Part shown: positions 19,403-28,623 of the stretch, piece by piece
Layout: each line of letters begins with the position of its first letter
Position numbering within the stretch: the stretch's first letter is position 1
Assembly (NCBI GenBank): GCA_034520965.1
Contig: JAXHMY010000001.1
Location: 992,001-1,056,000, forward strand
Direction: 5' to 3'
DNA length: 64,000 nucleotides
Source of the DNA: Spirochaetia bacterium
GTDB taxonomy: Bacteria; Spirochaetota; Spirochaetia; DSM-16054; Sediminispirochaetaceae
Translations under genes and position numbers: made by a program
Notes under the pieces: model-generated
Database searches by the model: none
What the model was told of the DNA's origin: nothing
Seen by the model: only the letters and a program-made list of their open reading frames with translations

Positions 19403-19481
19403 ATGCAGCCGGCTCTGTAAGATGCCGAGGGGGCGGAAAGCCTGCCCGTGGGCGGGCCGCTGCCCCTGAACACTTGGGCGC

Positions 19482-20192
19482 TTATTCCTCTTGCACGACC
19501 GGGTTGCGGAGTGTCCCTATTTTTTCAATTTCAATTTCCACCACATCCCCATGATGAATCCTCCCAACCCCTTTGGGGGTGCCCGTGGCGATGAGGTCGC
19601 CGGGCTGCAGGGTGAAATGGCGGGAGACAAAGGCGATGATCTGTGGCACGGGAAAGATCATTTGGTCGGTGTTGGCGTCCTGGACGGTCTCGCCGTTGAG
19701 GCGGCAGGAGATGTCGAGTTTCTGGACGTCGCCGATGTCCTGCTGGAGTACCACCTGGGGGCCGACGGGGCCGAAGGTGTCGAGGGATTTGCCGCGGAAC
19801 CAGCCCGATTTGTCTGTGGTTTGAAAGTTGCGCTGGCTGACGTCGTTCATGCAGGTGTAGCCGTAGATGTGGTCGAAGGCTTCGGCTTCGGGGACGTTTT
19901 TGCAGGTGTCCTTGATGATGATGCACAGCTCCGCCTCGTAGTCGTTGCGCAGGTCCTCGAAGTTGTAGTCCTTTAGGTAGGCGGGGATGACGATAGGCTC
20001 GCCGGGACCGATGAGCACGTTGGGGGTTTTGGGAAAGAGCACCGGCTCGGTGGGCCGCTCCAGGGCCAGGTTCTTGGTGTTCAAAAACACGCTCTCCTTG
20101 ACATGCTCGTCGTAATTCAGACCCAGGGCGATTATCTTGCTGGGATTAACTGTATATTTTTCTTTACTCCCGGAAATGGGCAGTTCAATCAT
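19482..20192 (-). CDS. Fumarylacetoacetate hydrolase family protein
   Basis: KIIALGLNY, DYEAEL, MNDVSQR, GKSLDTFGPVGP, TLQPGDLIATGTPKGV. Confidence 0.93.
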   Translation of the reverse strand: MIELPISGSKEKYTVNPSKIIALGLNYDEHVKESVFLNTKNLALERPTEPVLFPKTPNVLIGPGEPIVIPAYLKDYNFEDLRNDYEAELCIIIKDTCKNVPEAEAFDHIYGYTCMNDVSQRNFQTTDKSGWFRGKSLDTFGPVGPQVVLQQDIGDVQKLDISCRLNGETVQDANTDQMIFPVPQIIAFVSRHFTLQPGDLIATGTPKGVGRIHHGDVVEIEIEKIGTLRNPVVQEE

Positions 20193-20347
20193 GTGATTCT
20201 CCTTTGTGTAGTGTCCGTTGTGTATTCTCAGTGCCGGCGGGCTGCAAGCCCGGCCGCCTGCCCCTGAGTATAAAGGGTTTTGAAGGGTGAAGACAAGAGA
20301 TGCTTACAGCTTCCGTTGTGCCTTCCGTTGTGCCTTGCCTGCCGTTT

Positions 20348-21673
20348 TTACCCCAGTTCGAGCCGGCGGGCGCGGTACACGAGGTAGGCAATTTCAAAAA
20401 ACTGGGACAGGGTGAAGGCCAGGGCGGCAATGACAACCCCGGGCAGCCCCACTATTTTCGGCAGCAGAATCACCATGGCTGTGAGGGTGGCGGTGTTCAG
20501 AAAGACCGCCCGGGCGATGTACTTGGTTTTTCCCGAATAGATAAGCAGCCCCCGGTACCAGGACAGAAAGGCCCCCAGCACCGGCACCAGGGTGACGATA
20601 AGGGCGGGAACGTAGGTTAAGCTCAGCAGATCCGCCTCGAGGCCGGCCACGTGCTTGAACCACAGCCGGCCGGTGGGGGCAAAGACAAACAGAAAAAACA
20701 GCAGCCCCGTGCCCAGGGACAGGCGCCGGGCAAAACGGCGCAGCGGGGCCACATGGCCGGCCTCTTTCAGCAGGGCCACCGCCACCTCCTGAAAAGAGAG
20801 GGCCAGCGAGCGGAACAGAAACATCACGCTCAGTACCACCGGCCAGACGGCCAGGGACTCCAGGGGAAAGGCGGCCCGGGCGATGCCGTAGTTGAGTATG
20901 GGCCGGGCTAAGAAGGTAATGACGCTGGTCAGCAGCAGGGGGTAGTAGAAGGTCAGCAGGTAGTACCAGGAAAAGCGCTTCTCCGGCGCCTCATCCTCCA
21001 GGCTCCGCAGTACCGGCCGGGCGAACATGTAGGCGGCGCTCATGCCGGCGGTAACCCCGGCAATTAGGGCCACCGCTCCCAGGTTGGCCCCGGCAAGGTC
21101 GGTGAAGGCGTGGCCGAGGAACAGGGTACTCATGGTTACGGCCAGGCGGATAAACATGGTGTAGCTGATCTCTTTGGTCCGTCCGTAACGGATAAGAATT
21201 CCCTGGTACAGCCTTCGGTAGCCGATGGTGCCGGCCCAGGGAATCATGATCAAAAACGAGCTTTGGGCCAGGCCGATAATCTCCTCGGGAATTCCCAGCA
21301 CCCGCCGCAGCAGTAGGGTGTACAGGGGGGTGAGGGCCAGAATCAGGTGGACGGCGGTGAGGCCTGCGGCCATAAAGTGCATAAAGCGCAGCAGTTTGCG
21401 GTAGTTGGTTTTTCCGTCGGTAAGGGCGGTGGCGGCGGAGAGCATCTGAATGATGGGGCTTTCGATAATCAGCGATATCGAGAGGGTTATTCCGTAGGCG
21501 GCCAGGTTTAGTTTGGCATTGGCCAGGCGGGCGATTACGGCATTGATGCCCGGCTGCTCGATGGCCATAAAAACCCACATGGCCGCCAGGGGCACCCACA
21601 GAAAGAAAATGCGCTTTTGATTTAATTCAGTCGGTATCTGCGAAACCGACCCGGTATGAGTATTTTGATCCAT
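20348..21673 (-). CDS. MATE/MOP-superfamily-like membrane transporter
   Basis: About 12 TM segments in two internally similar halves (FFLWVPLA / LTFYYPLL). Confidence 0.7.
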   Translation of the reverse strand: MDQNTHTGSVSQIPTELNQKRIFFLWVPLAAMWVFMAIEQPGINAVIARLANAKLNLAAYGITLSISLIIESPIIQMLSAATALTDGKTNYRKLLRFMHFMAAGLTAVHLILALTPLYTLLLRRVLGIPEEIIGLAQSSFLIMIPWAGTIGYRRLYQGILIRYGRTKEISYTMFIRLAVTMSTLFLGHAFTDLAGANLGAVALIAGVTAGMSAAYMFARPVLRSLEDEAPEKRFSWYYLLTFYYPLLLTSVITFLARPILNYGIARAAFPLESLAVWPVVLSVMFLFRSLALSFQEVAVALLKEAGHVAPLRRFARRLSLGTGLLFFLFVFAPTGRLWFKHVAGLEADLLSLTYVPALIVTLVPVLGAFLSWYRGLLIYSGKTKYIARAVFLNTATLTAMVILLPKIVGLPGVVIAALAFTLSQFFEIAYLVYRARRLELG

Positions 21674-21775
21674 TTGATCTCCGCTATATTAGTTCTGATA
21701 ATTTAGGGGACATCAAAAAAATACAACAAAAATGACGGTGTGCCCAGTTGTAAAGCCGAAAAATTGACAATTCCT

Positions 21776-21901
21776 TCAGATTCTTTCGAAGTAGCGCTTC
21801 AGTTCCCACTCGCCTACCACCTTTGCATACTCTCCGGCTTCAAGCCGGGCCTGATGCACGTAATGCTCGACTACCTGCTCGCCGAAGATATGGCGGGCGG
21901 T
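21776..21901 (-). pseudogene. 3' remnant of a glutamine synthetase-family (GlnA4/PuuA-like) gene
   Basis: Manual translation TARHIFGEQVVEHYVHQARLEAGEYAKVVGEWELKRYFERI* resembles the GS-family C-terminus; an in-frame TAG lies just upstream with no start codon. Confidence 0.75.
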
Positions 21902-21986
21902 ATATGTCCTTTCACAATACTACAAAAGTTATTATAATGCTGTATCAGCAATTCGCAAGCCAATACATCATCTCCGGAGAAAAAAT

Positions 21987-22253
21987 ATGTCTATAAAAGA
22001 CTGGCAAAACCAAAAGTATAACGAGGCCTTTACCGATGCACTGCACCAAATTCAGCATCTGCGCGAGATTGATCCGACCTTTACTATAGATTCCCTGAAA
22101 CAGCTGTTAGAGACTGCGTATGTGCATGAGGGCAACAACATGACCGGCCGCGGTGCGGTAGGCGATGTTGAGCACGAGGCCCGAATTGCCGCCTACCAGC
22201 AGATTTTGACCAAGTGGGAAACTGAGCAGGAGCCCGGCTCACACAGCGGTTAG
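21987..22253 (+). CDS. Hypothetical protein (88 aa)
   Basis: GGAG RBS; protein-like composition; fills the gap between neighbours. Confidence 0.7.
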   Translation: MSIKDWQNQKYNEAFTDALHQIQHLREIDPTFTIDSLKQLLETAYVHEGNNMTGRGAVGDVEHEARIAAYQQILTKWETEQEPGSHSG

Positions 22254-23374
22254 ACGAGTTGCAGCTGGGCCAGCCAGTCCGACAAGCGGCGAATCTGGAT
22301 ACCCTTGGGATAGGTTTTTTCTCTGGTGATGTTTTTTACCAGTTGTAGTTTCACAGCCTCCGGAAACAAGTCTCCGAAGTGTTCCAGAGGCTTATGGAGC
22401 GAAGAATCACCGGTTTTTACTTCAATCAGATAGCGAACATCGTCCTCGATCACCACCGCGAAGTCGACCTCTTTGCCTTCCTTTGTGCGCAGGAAATGCA
22501 GTGCCGTTGAATAGCCCTGGGTATCTTCTATTCTGTGCAGCTCTTTCAGCAGCGCACAGGCAACTATATTCTCGATTTGCGCTCCTTCTCCGGATGAAAC
22601 CTGGGCGGTATCGAAAAAGTAGTATTTAGGTTCTTTGCGTAGAGATCGACTGATTCTGTGTGAATACGGGCGAACCGGAAAGAGGACATAGAGTGTCTCG
22701 AGATGTTGAATCCACTGTTTTACTGTTTTCGGATCCCGGCTGATATCGCGGGCCAAAGAGGAATACGATACAGTGCTTCCGACTCTGCGCCGCAGGAGTT
22801 CGATAAGGGTTTCGATCGACATTATATCCGTAACAGACTCGAGGTCCAGCAGATCCTGGCGTAAAATGGTATCGGTATGACTCCGTTTCCAGCGCCGGTA
22901 GAAAGTATCATCGTTCTGCAGGAAAGGTTCGGGAAAACCACCAACCCGGAGCATTCTTTCCAGCGCGTCCTCCGGGGCAATGATGGAGCTGACCTCTTTG
23001 AGGTCGAAAGGGTGCAGGCGATATAAAAAGTGCCTCCCGGCTAGTGAATCGCCGGCTTTACCGGCGGTACTAAGATTTGCGCTCCCCGTAACCAAGTAGC
23101 GAGGAGGAATCCCTTCTACATCATACACACCTTTTATCCAGCTCTTCCATTTGGGCATTTTGTGAATCTCATCAAAAATAACAAGATCTTTCTTCCTATC
23201 CCATGACATCTCCAATAAATCGGCCCTGTGTTCGGGATAATCATAGTTAAAATACTCATACTCCTCGGTAACCATTTTTGACAGGGTGGTTTTACCACTC
23301 TGTCTGGGGCCGGAGAGTAAAATGATTTTCTGTTCAAGGTCCTGCCGGATATTCGGTAATAAGCTTCGCTTCAT
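22250..23374 (-). CDS. AAA_14 ATPase with C-terminal DUF4143 (restriction-endonuclease-like) domain
   Basis: GPRQSGKTT, FDEIHK, VTGS, DSLAGR, GGFPE, PKYYFFDT, EVDF..IEVK. Confidence 0.9.
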   Translation of the reverse strand: MKRSLLPNIRQDLEQKIILLSGPRQSGKTTLSKMVTEEYEYFNYDYPEHRADLLEMSWDRKKDLVIFDEIHKMPKWKSWIKGVYDVEGIPPRYLVTGSANLSTAGKAGDSLAGRHFLYRLHPFDLKEVSSIIAPEDALERMLRVGGFPEPFLQNDDTFYRRWKRSHTDTILRQDLLDLESVTDIMSIETLIELLRRRVGSTVSYSSLARDISRDPKTVKQWIQHLETLYVLFPVRPYSHRISRSLRKEPKYYFFDTAQVSSGEGAQIENIVACALLKELHRIEDTQGYSTALHFLRTKEGKEVDFAVVIEDDVRYLIEVKTGDSSLHKPLEHFGDLFPEAVKLQLVKNITREKTYPKGIQIRRLSDWLAQLQLV

Positions 23375-23380
23375 ACGACC

Positions 23381-23443
23381 ATTTTAGCGTATATTCCCGA
23401 ATAGTCAAGACTTTTTTGATTTATACTCCCGAATAGTCAAGAC
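23381..23443 (-). promoter_or_regulatory. Leaderless-type promoter inside a 22-bp direct repeat
   Basis: TATA(T/C)TCCCGAATAGTCAAGAC at 23390-23411 and 23422-23443; minus strand TTGACT-16-TAAAAT-6 nt-ATG. Confidence 0.65.
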
Positions 23444-24864
23444 AACTTCTGTACATACGCCTCTATATCGAACTTGCGCTTGAGTCCGTTGGCGTTCATG
23501 TAGCGGGTTTTGCCGAAGACCGGCCGCTCCGACCAGGCGCGGTCGTGCAGGCCGAAACACCAGCCTACCCCGGCATAGCCGTTGGCATCCCGGCCGTCCA
23601 AGAAATATTTGTTGTTGAGGTAGAGTGCCCGCTCGTAGGCCTTTCGCGGTGTGGGCGACCACTCCAAAATCTTCTTTCCCCAATACATACGCATGTAGCC
23701 GTGCATTTTCCCGTAAACCCGCATTTCGGTCTGGGCGGCGTTCCAGTAGGGGTCGTGGGTTTCAGCGGCCTCTAGCTGGGGCAGGCTGTAGAGGTAATCC
23801 CGGCGGTCCACCTCATGCTCGGCGAGGGTGGTCTGGGCCCAGTTCGGCAGGCAGTTGTAGTTGTCGTAGTCCTGGTTGTAAAAGACAAAGTTCATTGCCA
23901 GCTCGCGGCGGACTATTAGCTCCTCCAGAAAGGCGGCCGCCCCCTCGCCAAGGGCGGGAGACTTGCTGCCTGTTTCGCCACCTTTTCCGGTGTCTGTCGC
24001 ACCCTCCGCGCCGGCGGCAGCCCGTACCTGCAGGGCAATATACAGGGGCGATATCTGGCCAAAGTGGAGGTAGGGGCTTAGGTGGGACAGGTAGTTGCGG
24101 GAGGGGTCGTTGCGCAGTTCGTGAAACTGATCTATTTTGCCGGCCAAGAACTCTTCCAGCCGCCGCAGGGCGGCGGTGGTGCCCCCTTCTATCCACTCGA
24201 CCGGCCCCACCGTCTGATCCGTTTTAAGGTCCCCTTCAAGGCTGCGTAAGTCGCGGTCCTGAGAAACAAACTTACATTTAAAAGAAGAAGCATCCAAATC
24301 AATACCCAGACTCGGCCGATCTAAGGGGGTTTCCGGCAGGTCTATCAAAAATCGTTCCAGCAGGGCGTGTAGTTTGGGGCGCAGAATGCCGGCGGTATAG
24401 GCCTGCTTGGGGTAGGCGGCTTCAACCGGAACAAGCACATCCGACTCGACCTGCAGGCAGGGACAGTCTACCCGGCGGGAGATATCCGCCCGCCACTGAC
24501 GCTGAAGACGCAGATAACCGCGATCGCAGACCAACAGCGCCGCCTGACGGGCAACTTCCGGCACACAGGTAAGCGGCTCGCCCCGCAGGAGCAGCAGCCG
24601 AATACCACGTTTAGCCAGCCTCGTGCGGGTATCCTCCAGCCCCTCCAGCAAAAACCGATAGTGCCGCAGATTGGCCTCGGGATAGCTGTCGGTGAGTACA
24701 TACAGCACCAGCAGTGGAAGTTTCAGAGAGTTTGCCTTCTCCACGGCCAGCTCCAGGGCATGGTTGTAGTGGGCCCGGGCGCTCTGCTGCATCCAGTACA
24801 GTACGTAGGACCCGGTGTGTGAGGGGGCGTTGTTGAGGTTTTGTATGCGTTCAGCTTGTATCAT
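23437..24864 (-). CDS. phrB: Class II CPD DNA photolyase
   Basis: VLYWMQ, SHLSPYLHFGQIS, FLEELIVRRELA, THDPYWNAAQ, GKMHGYMRMYWGKKILEW, DGRDANG. Confidence 0.95.
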   Translation of the reverse strand: MIQAERIQNLNNAPSHTGSYVLYWMQQSARAHYNHALELAVEKANSLKLPLLVLYVLTDSYPEANLRHYRFLLEGLEDTRTRLAKRGIRLLLLRGEPLTCVPEVARQAALLVCDRGYLRLQRQWRADISRRVDCPCLQVESDVLVPVEAAYPKQAYTAGILRPKLHALLERFLIDLPETPLDRPSLGIDLDASSFKCKFVSQDRDLRSLEGDLKTDQTVGPVEWIEGGTTAALRRLEEFLAGKIDQFHELRNDPSRNYLSHLSPYLHFGQISPLYIALQVRAAAGAEGATDTGKGGETGSKSPALGEGAAAFLEELIVRRELAMNFVFYNQDYDNYNCLPNWAQTTLAEHEVDRRDYLYSLPQLEAAETHDPYWNAAQTEMRVYGKMHGYMRMYWGKKILEWSPTPRKAYERALYLNNKYFLDGRDANGYAGVGWCFGLHDRAWSERPVFGKTRYMNANGLKRKFDIEAYVQKLS

Positions 24865-24910
24865 TTTTTCACCTTTTATCATTGATTCATCACAATTTTA
24901 TGACTATTAA

Positions 24911-24970
24911 GAAAATAGCCGTATCCGGCTATTTTCGTCGTTTCGGTTGCCGCTACGCGGCATGCGAAAC
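24911..24970. repeat. Hairpin plus REP-like repeat (second family), copy 1
   Basis: GAAAATAGCCG-TATC-CGGCTATTTTC hairpin, then GTTTCGGTTGCCGCTACGCGGCATGCGAAAC (24940-24970), which recurs at 37015-37045. Confidence 0.7.
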
Positions 24971-25047
24971 TAATTTATCCAAAATATTTTTTTTGTCGAC
25001 TTATATATTGGACGTTGCCGAAAAAATTTGTAATACTGTAAATAGTA

Positions 25048-25224
25048 ATGAGTAGTGAAATGGAATACAAGCAGGTGGTGGCTGAGGGTGTTGAAACAAA
25101 AGCACAGGTCGAGTATCTTAAAGCCGTAGGATGTGATTACATCCAGGGTTATTACTACAGCAAGCCTTTTCCGCTCACAGAACTGATTACACGCATAGAT
25201 TCGAACTACCTACTGCTCAACTAA
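25048..25224 (+). pseudogene. 58-aa ORF matching only the C-terminal end of an EAL domain
   Basis: Below the ORF-track cutoff. MSSEMEYKQVVAEGVETKAQVEYLKAVGCDYIQGYYYSKPFP... contains the EAL C-terminal VVAEGVET and QGYYxSKP motifs. Confidence 0.8.
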
Positions 25225-25259
25225 ACCCGGAAAGACCAAAAAATATAGGGATTGATAGT

Positions 25260-26754
25260 ATGTCGATTGATTTACAAGAGAAAACAGAAAAACTCATACG
25301 GATATTTAGCGAGTGGCTTGGCGGGGAGAACGCCTTTTCCACCAAGCCCGTTCGCTGCACCATCAACGGGATCACCCCGGCCACCTATTTTATCTCTGTG
25401 CTCAAAGTACACGACCAAGAGTATTTTGTGCAGGAGATCTTCTCGTCGGAGGTGCGGGGGCAAATTGTGTATCGCTCATGGACCTTCCGCAAGGAGTCGC
25501 ACTGGTTTGTAGCTGCCCTGGAACACTTCAGCAAGGCAGTGGCTTACAATGTTATTCGTCCGCAGATGGACGATTTTGAGCGCAGGCTGGAAATTTTGAT
25601 GACCCTGCGCTCACGCAGCGGCCCGTACTTTGTCGAAACCGCAGCCTCAGCCCCCTCGCATCTTTCAATCGAGATTCCCAACGACAGCGAACTGCAGCGT
25701 ACGGGCCTTTTTTCCCGTTTCACCCGCTCCTTTGCCCGACACTCAGTTGCATATACTGCAGTGGCCATGGCATCAGGATTCCTTCTGCTTATCGGAGTAC
25801 ATATTCTACGGGTTGAGAGCTTGGAACGAACAATGAGCACCTCCCTGCGTGAGTACAGCTCGCAGATGGACCATCAGGTGCAGAATTTTATCTCCAGCAC
25901 CGAGGATGAGATTCACTCGCTTATTAATAACCTGGACGAGAACCGTAAGGACTTCAATTTCGACCGTCAAAACTCCTATGTGACGGTAAAACGTATGGCC
26001 GAGGAGCTTGCCGGCTATCTTCCGGCCCGTAAAAAAGCCTATAACCTGATTGCCGAAAACATTAAACAAGCCACTACCTACAGCGAGGTGTTTTACGAAA
26101 TGAGCCGGCTACCCACCGAGGAGTATCAGGCCCGCATATTTCTGGCCACCAACCGCCAGGCGGTAATCCCTCTTTCGAATTTCAAGACTGCCTTTGAAGG
26201 GATGCTCCACCCGGTAAAAATTGATGACGAGAAAAACGACGGCCGGGGGTTTCGCATAACCGACGGGTATATACGCAGCCGGGAAGACCCGGTAGGCACC
26301 GGGGGTGTTACCCCCCACTTTGCCGTCGATATTATCAATGTCAGTAATATCTCGTATGTGAACCAGGCCGGAGAAATTATTCGCGAGGGTAAACCGGCGG
26401 GCGATGTGGTGGCCGCATTTGAGGGAACCGTAGTGGACGTTGGGCTTTAATAACCGCTACGGCTGGTTCGTAGAGGTCGAGCACCCAATGACCGAGGCTG
26501 TACAGAGCAGGTTTTCGGATGCCCAAAAATGGAGCACCTATTACGCCCACCTCGACGAGCAGCCACAATTAGAGCCGGGGGACAGGCTTGAAGCAAACGA
26601 GTTTGTCGGGCCAATCGGCGATTCAGGCAAGTCTACAGGACCCCACCTGCACTTTGAAGTGCGCGTATACCGTCCGGGAGGCCGCTACAATAAGAACCTG
26701 CAGAACTACGATAAAATAAACCCCTATCCGGAAGAACTAACTTTAAGACAGTAA
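25260..26754 (+). CDS. Membrane-anchored M23-family metallopeptidase (1-nt frameshift near 26443)
   Basis: TM segment plus coiled coil, HFAVD (HxxxD) in the first ORF; YAHL and STGPHLHFEVR in the second. Removing one G (GTTGGGCTTT) fuses them. Confidence 0.85.
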
Positions 26755-26790
26755 GCCTCCGGAGTAGATGAGCGGCTGAAGGACCGGGTT

Positions 26791-27909
26791 TCAGCTAACC
26801 CGGTTCAGGCTGTAGTCGAGCAGATCGATGAGTATCTGCCGGTAGGCTTCCGACACCTGCTCCATTCCATCGATGAGCTCCCGGGCTTCTGCGGAATAAC
26901 GACGGCACACATCCAGCACCCATTCACGAATTCCATGCCGATCAACCAGACTGCGTACGTATTCCACCTCTTCAGCGCTAAGGTCGGGTTTACCGAACAG
27001 TGTATCCAGCCGCTGTTTTTCCTGAGAGTCGGCCCGCTCCATAAGAGCTACATGAAAAAGGGTTTTTTTTCCTTCGCTGATATCAGAGCCGATGGGCTTT
27101 CCAAGCTGCGCTTCCTCTCCGAACAAGCCCAGCTCATCATCCTTTAACTGAAACACAATTCCCAGCAGCTCACCTATCCGCTCCAGATCATCAAGCTGCT
27201 CCTGCCCTGCGCCGGCCAGATGCCCTCCGCATAGCAGGGGTAAAGAAAAAGTATAGCGGCCGGTCTTGTAACGGTACAGGTCGAATACTTCCTTTTCAGT
27301 TATTGGCGCTTTTGTCTGCCCCCAGTATACATCCAGCATTTGCGCCACCCCGACATAGGAGAGCTCGCGGCTGCAGATTTCGGATATCCGCATATTACCG
27401 GTTGCCCGAGAGACTTCCGACAAAATTTCAAAAGCAAGAAAAAAGGCGATGTCCCCCACGCAGATACCCATGGATTCCCCTGTGTGGTAGGCCTCAGAAA
27501 ATTGCTTTTCCTGGGCAAGGGACACATACTGCGCATACACTGATTTGTCGCCGCGCCGTCTTTCATCACGGTCCATGATATCGTCATGAATAAGAAAGGC
27601 CGATTGAAACAGCTCCATTACCCCGCCTACGGCGCTTACCGACCGTGGAGGTACTAAAAACTCGGAGCTCGGGGCGGTTTTTTCAGTGGCGGTGCTCTCG
27701 GCTGAGGTGCCCTCAGCTGCGGTGAGAAAATAGGCCAAGGCCACCAGCCCGCCCCGCAGCATTTTTCCCTTTCCGGCAAAATCCTGAATTTTGAAGCCGC
27801 TCTCACCGCCCATAGGATGGACCCGGTTCAGATCGGCGCTTTTTGCTGCGAGAAACTCGCTTAGATAATGATTAATAATCTGTTTTTGTTGTGCGAAAAA
27901 CTCTTTCAT
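26791..27909 (-). CDS. crtE: Polyprenyl (geranylgeranyl) diphosphate synthase
   Basis: GKMLR, LIHDDIMDRDERRRG, YKTGRYT, FQLKDDELG, SDISEGKKT; last gene of the carotenoid operon; GGAGG RBS. Confidence 0.88.
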   Translation of the reverse strand: MKEFFAQQKQIINHYLSEFLAAKSADLNRVHPMGGESGFKIQDFAGKGKMLRGGLVALAYFLTAAEGTSAESTATEKTAPSSEFLVPPRSVSAVGGVMELFQSAFLIHDDIMDRDERRRGDKSVYAQYVSLAQEKQFSEAYHTGESMGICVGDIAFFLAFEILSEVSRATGNMRISEICSRELSYVGVAQMLDVYWGQTKAPITEKEVFDLYRYKTGRYTFSLPLLCGGHLAGAGQEQLDDLERIGELLGIVFQLKDDELGLFGEEAQLGKPIGSDISEGKKTLFHVALMERADSQEKQRLDTLFGKPDLSAEEVEYVRSLVDRHGIREWVLDVCRRYSAEARELIDGMEQVSEAYRQILIDLLDYSLNRVS

Positions 27910-27922
27910 GCTTCCTCCAGAT

Positions 27923-28603
27923 TTATACAACCAGCAGCTGTAATCCTATAAAAAAAATAAATTGTATGCCCACGTACCACTCCGGTAAGCGTGTTTTGGC
28001 GGTAAGACCAAGTTTACGGTAGACCCAACCGGCCGCCGCCGCAATCAAGAACCATGCCGCATAGTTCTGCAGAGGAATCTGGCCCCCCTCCCACTGCCAA
28101 TAATCAAGTCCAATTGCAACCGGCTCCAGGGCATAATCATAGATTACACATACAGCACCGACTATCAGGGCAGACAACAGCGGCGAGGCTGTGAGACCTT
28201 CGCTTAGCCGGGCAGCTCCCAGAACCACAATTACCCAGTTAAAACCGATTACCAGGGGTACCTCGGCAAGCTGCAGGCCAAGCACCTGTCCGTACTGATA
28301 GGCTCCGAAAACTTTACCGGTCTGTACACCAATAATCTCCAGGCTTAAGGTGACCCCATAGGTGATGAGCGCCCACAGCCACACCCCCTTTCGCCCCTCC
28401 CTTGCCAGAGGAAACAGCGCCAGTACCCCGAATACCAGCAGCACTAGAGGGGTAAGCTGCAGCATATACGGAAGGGTAGCCGGAACTGCGTGCAAAATTA
28501 GGCCGACTAAATAAAAATCGGCAATAATCAATAGAAGAAGCTGATCCCTGGGAAGTTCTTTTAATTTTGCGACTATTTTTGCGACTATAGATGACACCGC
28601 CAC
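27923..28603 (-). CDS. cruF: CruF-family carotenoid 1,2-hydratase (DUF422)
   Basis: EIIGVQTGKVFGAYQYG, VPLVIGFNW, D..LEPVA...YWQW, IPLQNY. Start placed at GTG 28603 after AAGGAG. Confidence 0.88.
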   Translation of the reverse strand: MAVSSIVAKIVAKLKELPRDQLLLLIIADFYLVGLILHAVPATLPYMLQLTPLVLLVFGVLALFPLAREGRKGVWLWALITYGVTLSLEIIGVQTGKVFGAYQYGQVLGLQLAEVPLVIGFNWVIVVLGAARLSEGLTASPLLSALIVGAVCVIYDYALEPVAIGLDYWQWEGGQIPLQNYAAWFLIAAAAGWVYRKLGLTAKTRLPEWYVGIQFIFFIGLQLLVV

Positions 28604-28623
28604 ACTCTTACTCCTTTTTCTGA

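Noticed and set aside
21936..21954. AATGCTG-TAT-CAGCAATTC as two abutted MITE ends (circle junction)
   Set aside because: The match is only 7-9 bp per side with no hairpin or spacer sequence, so it could be chance.
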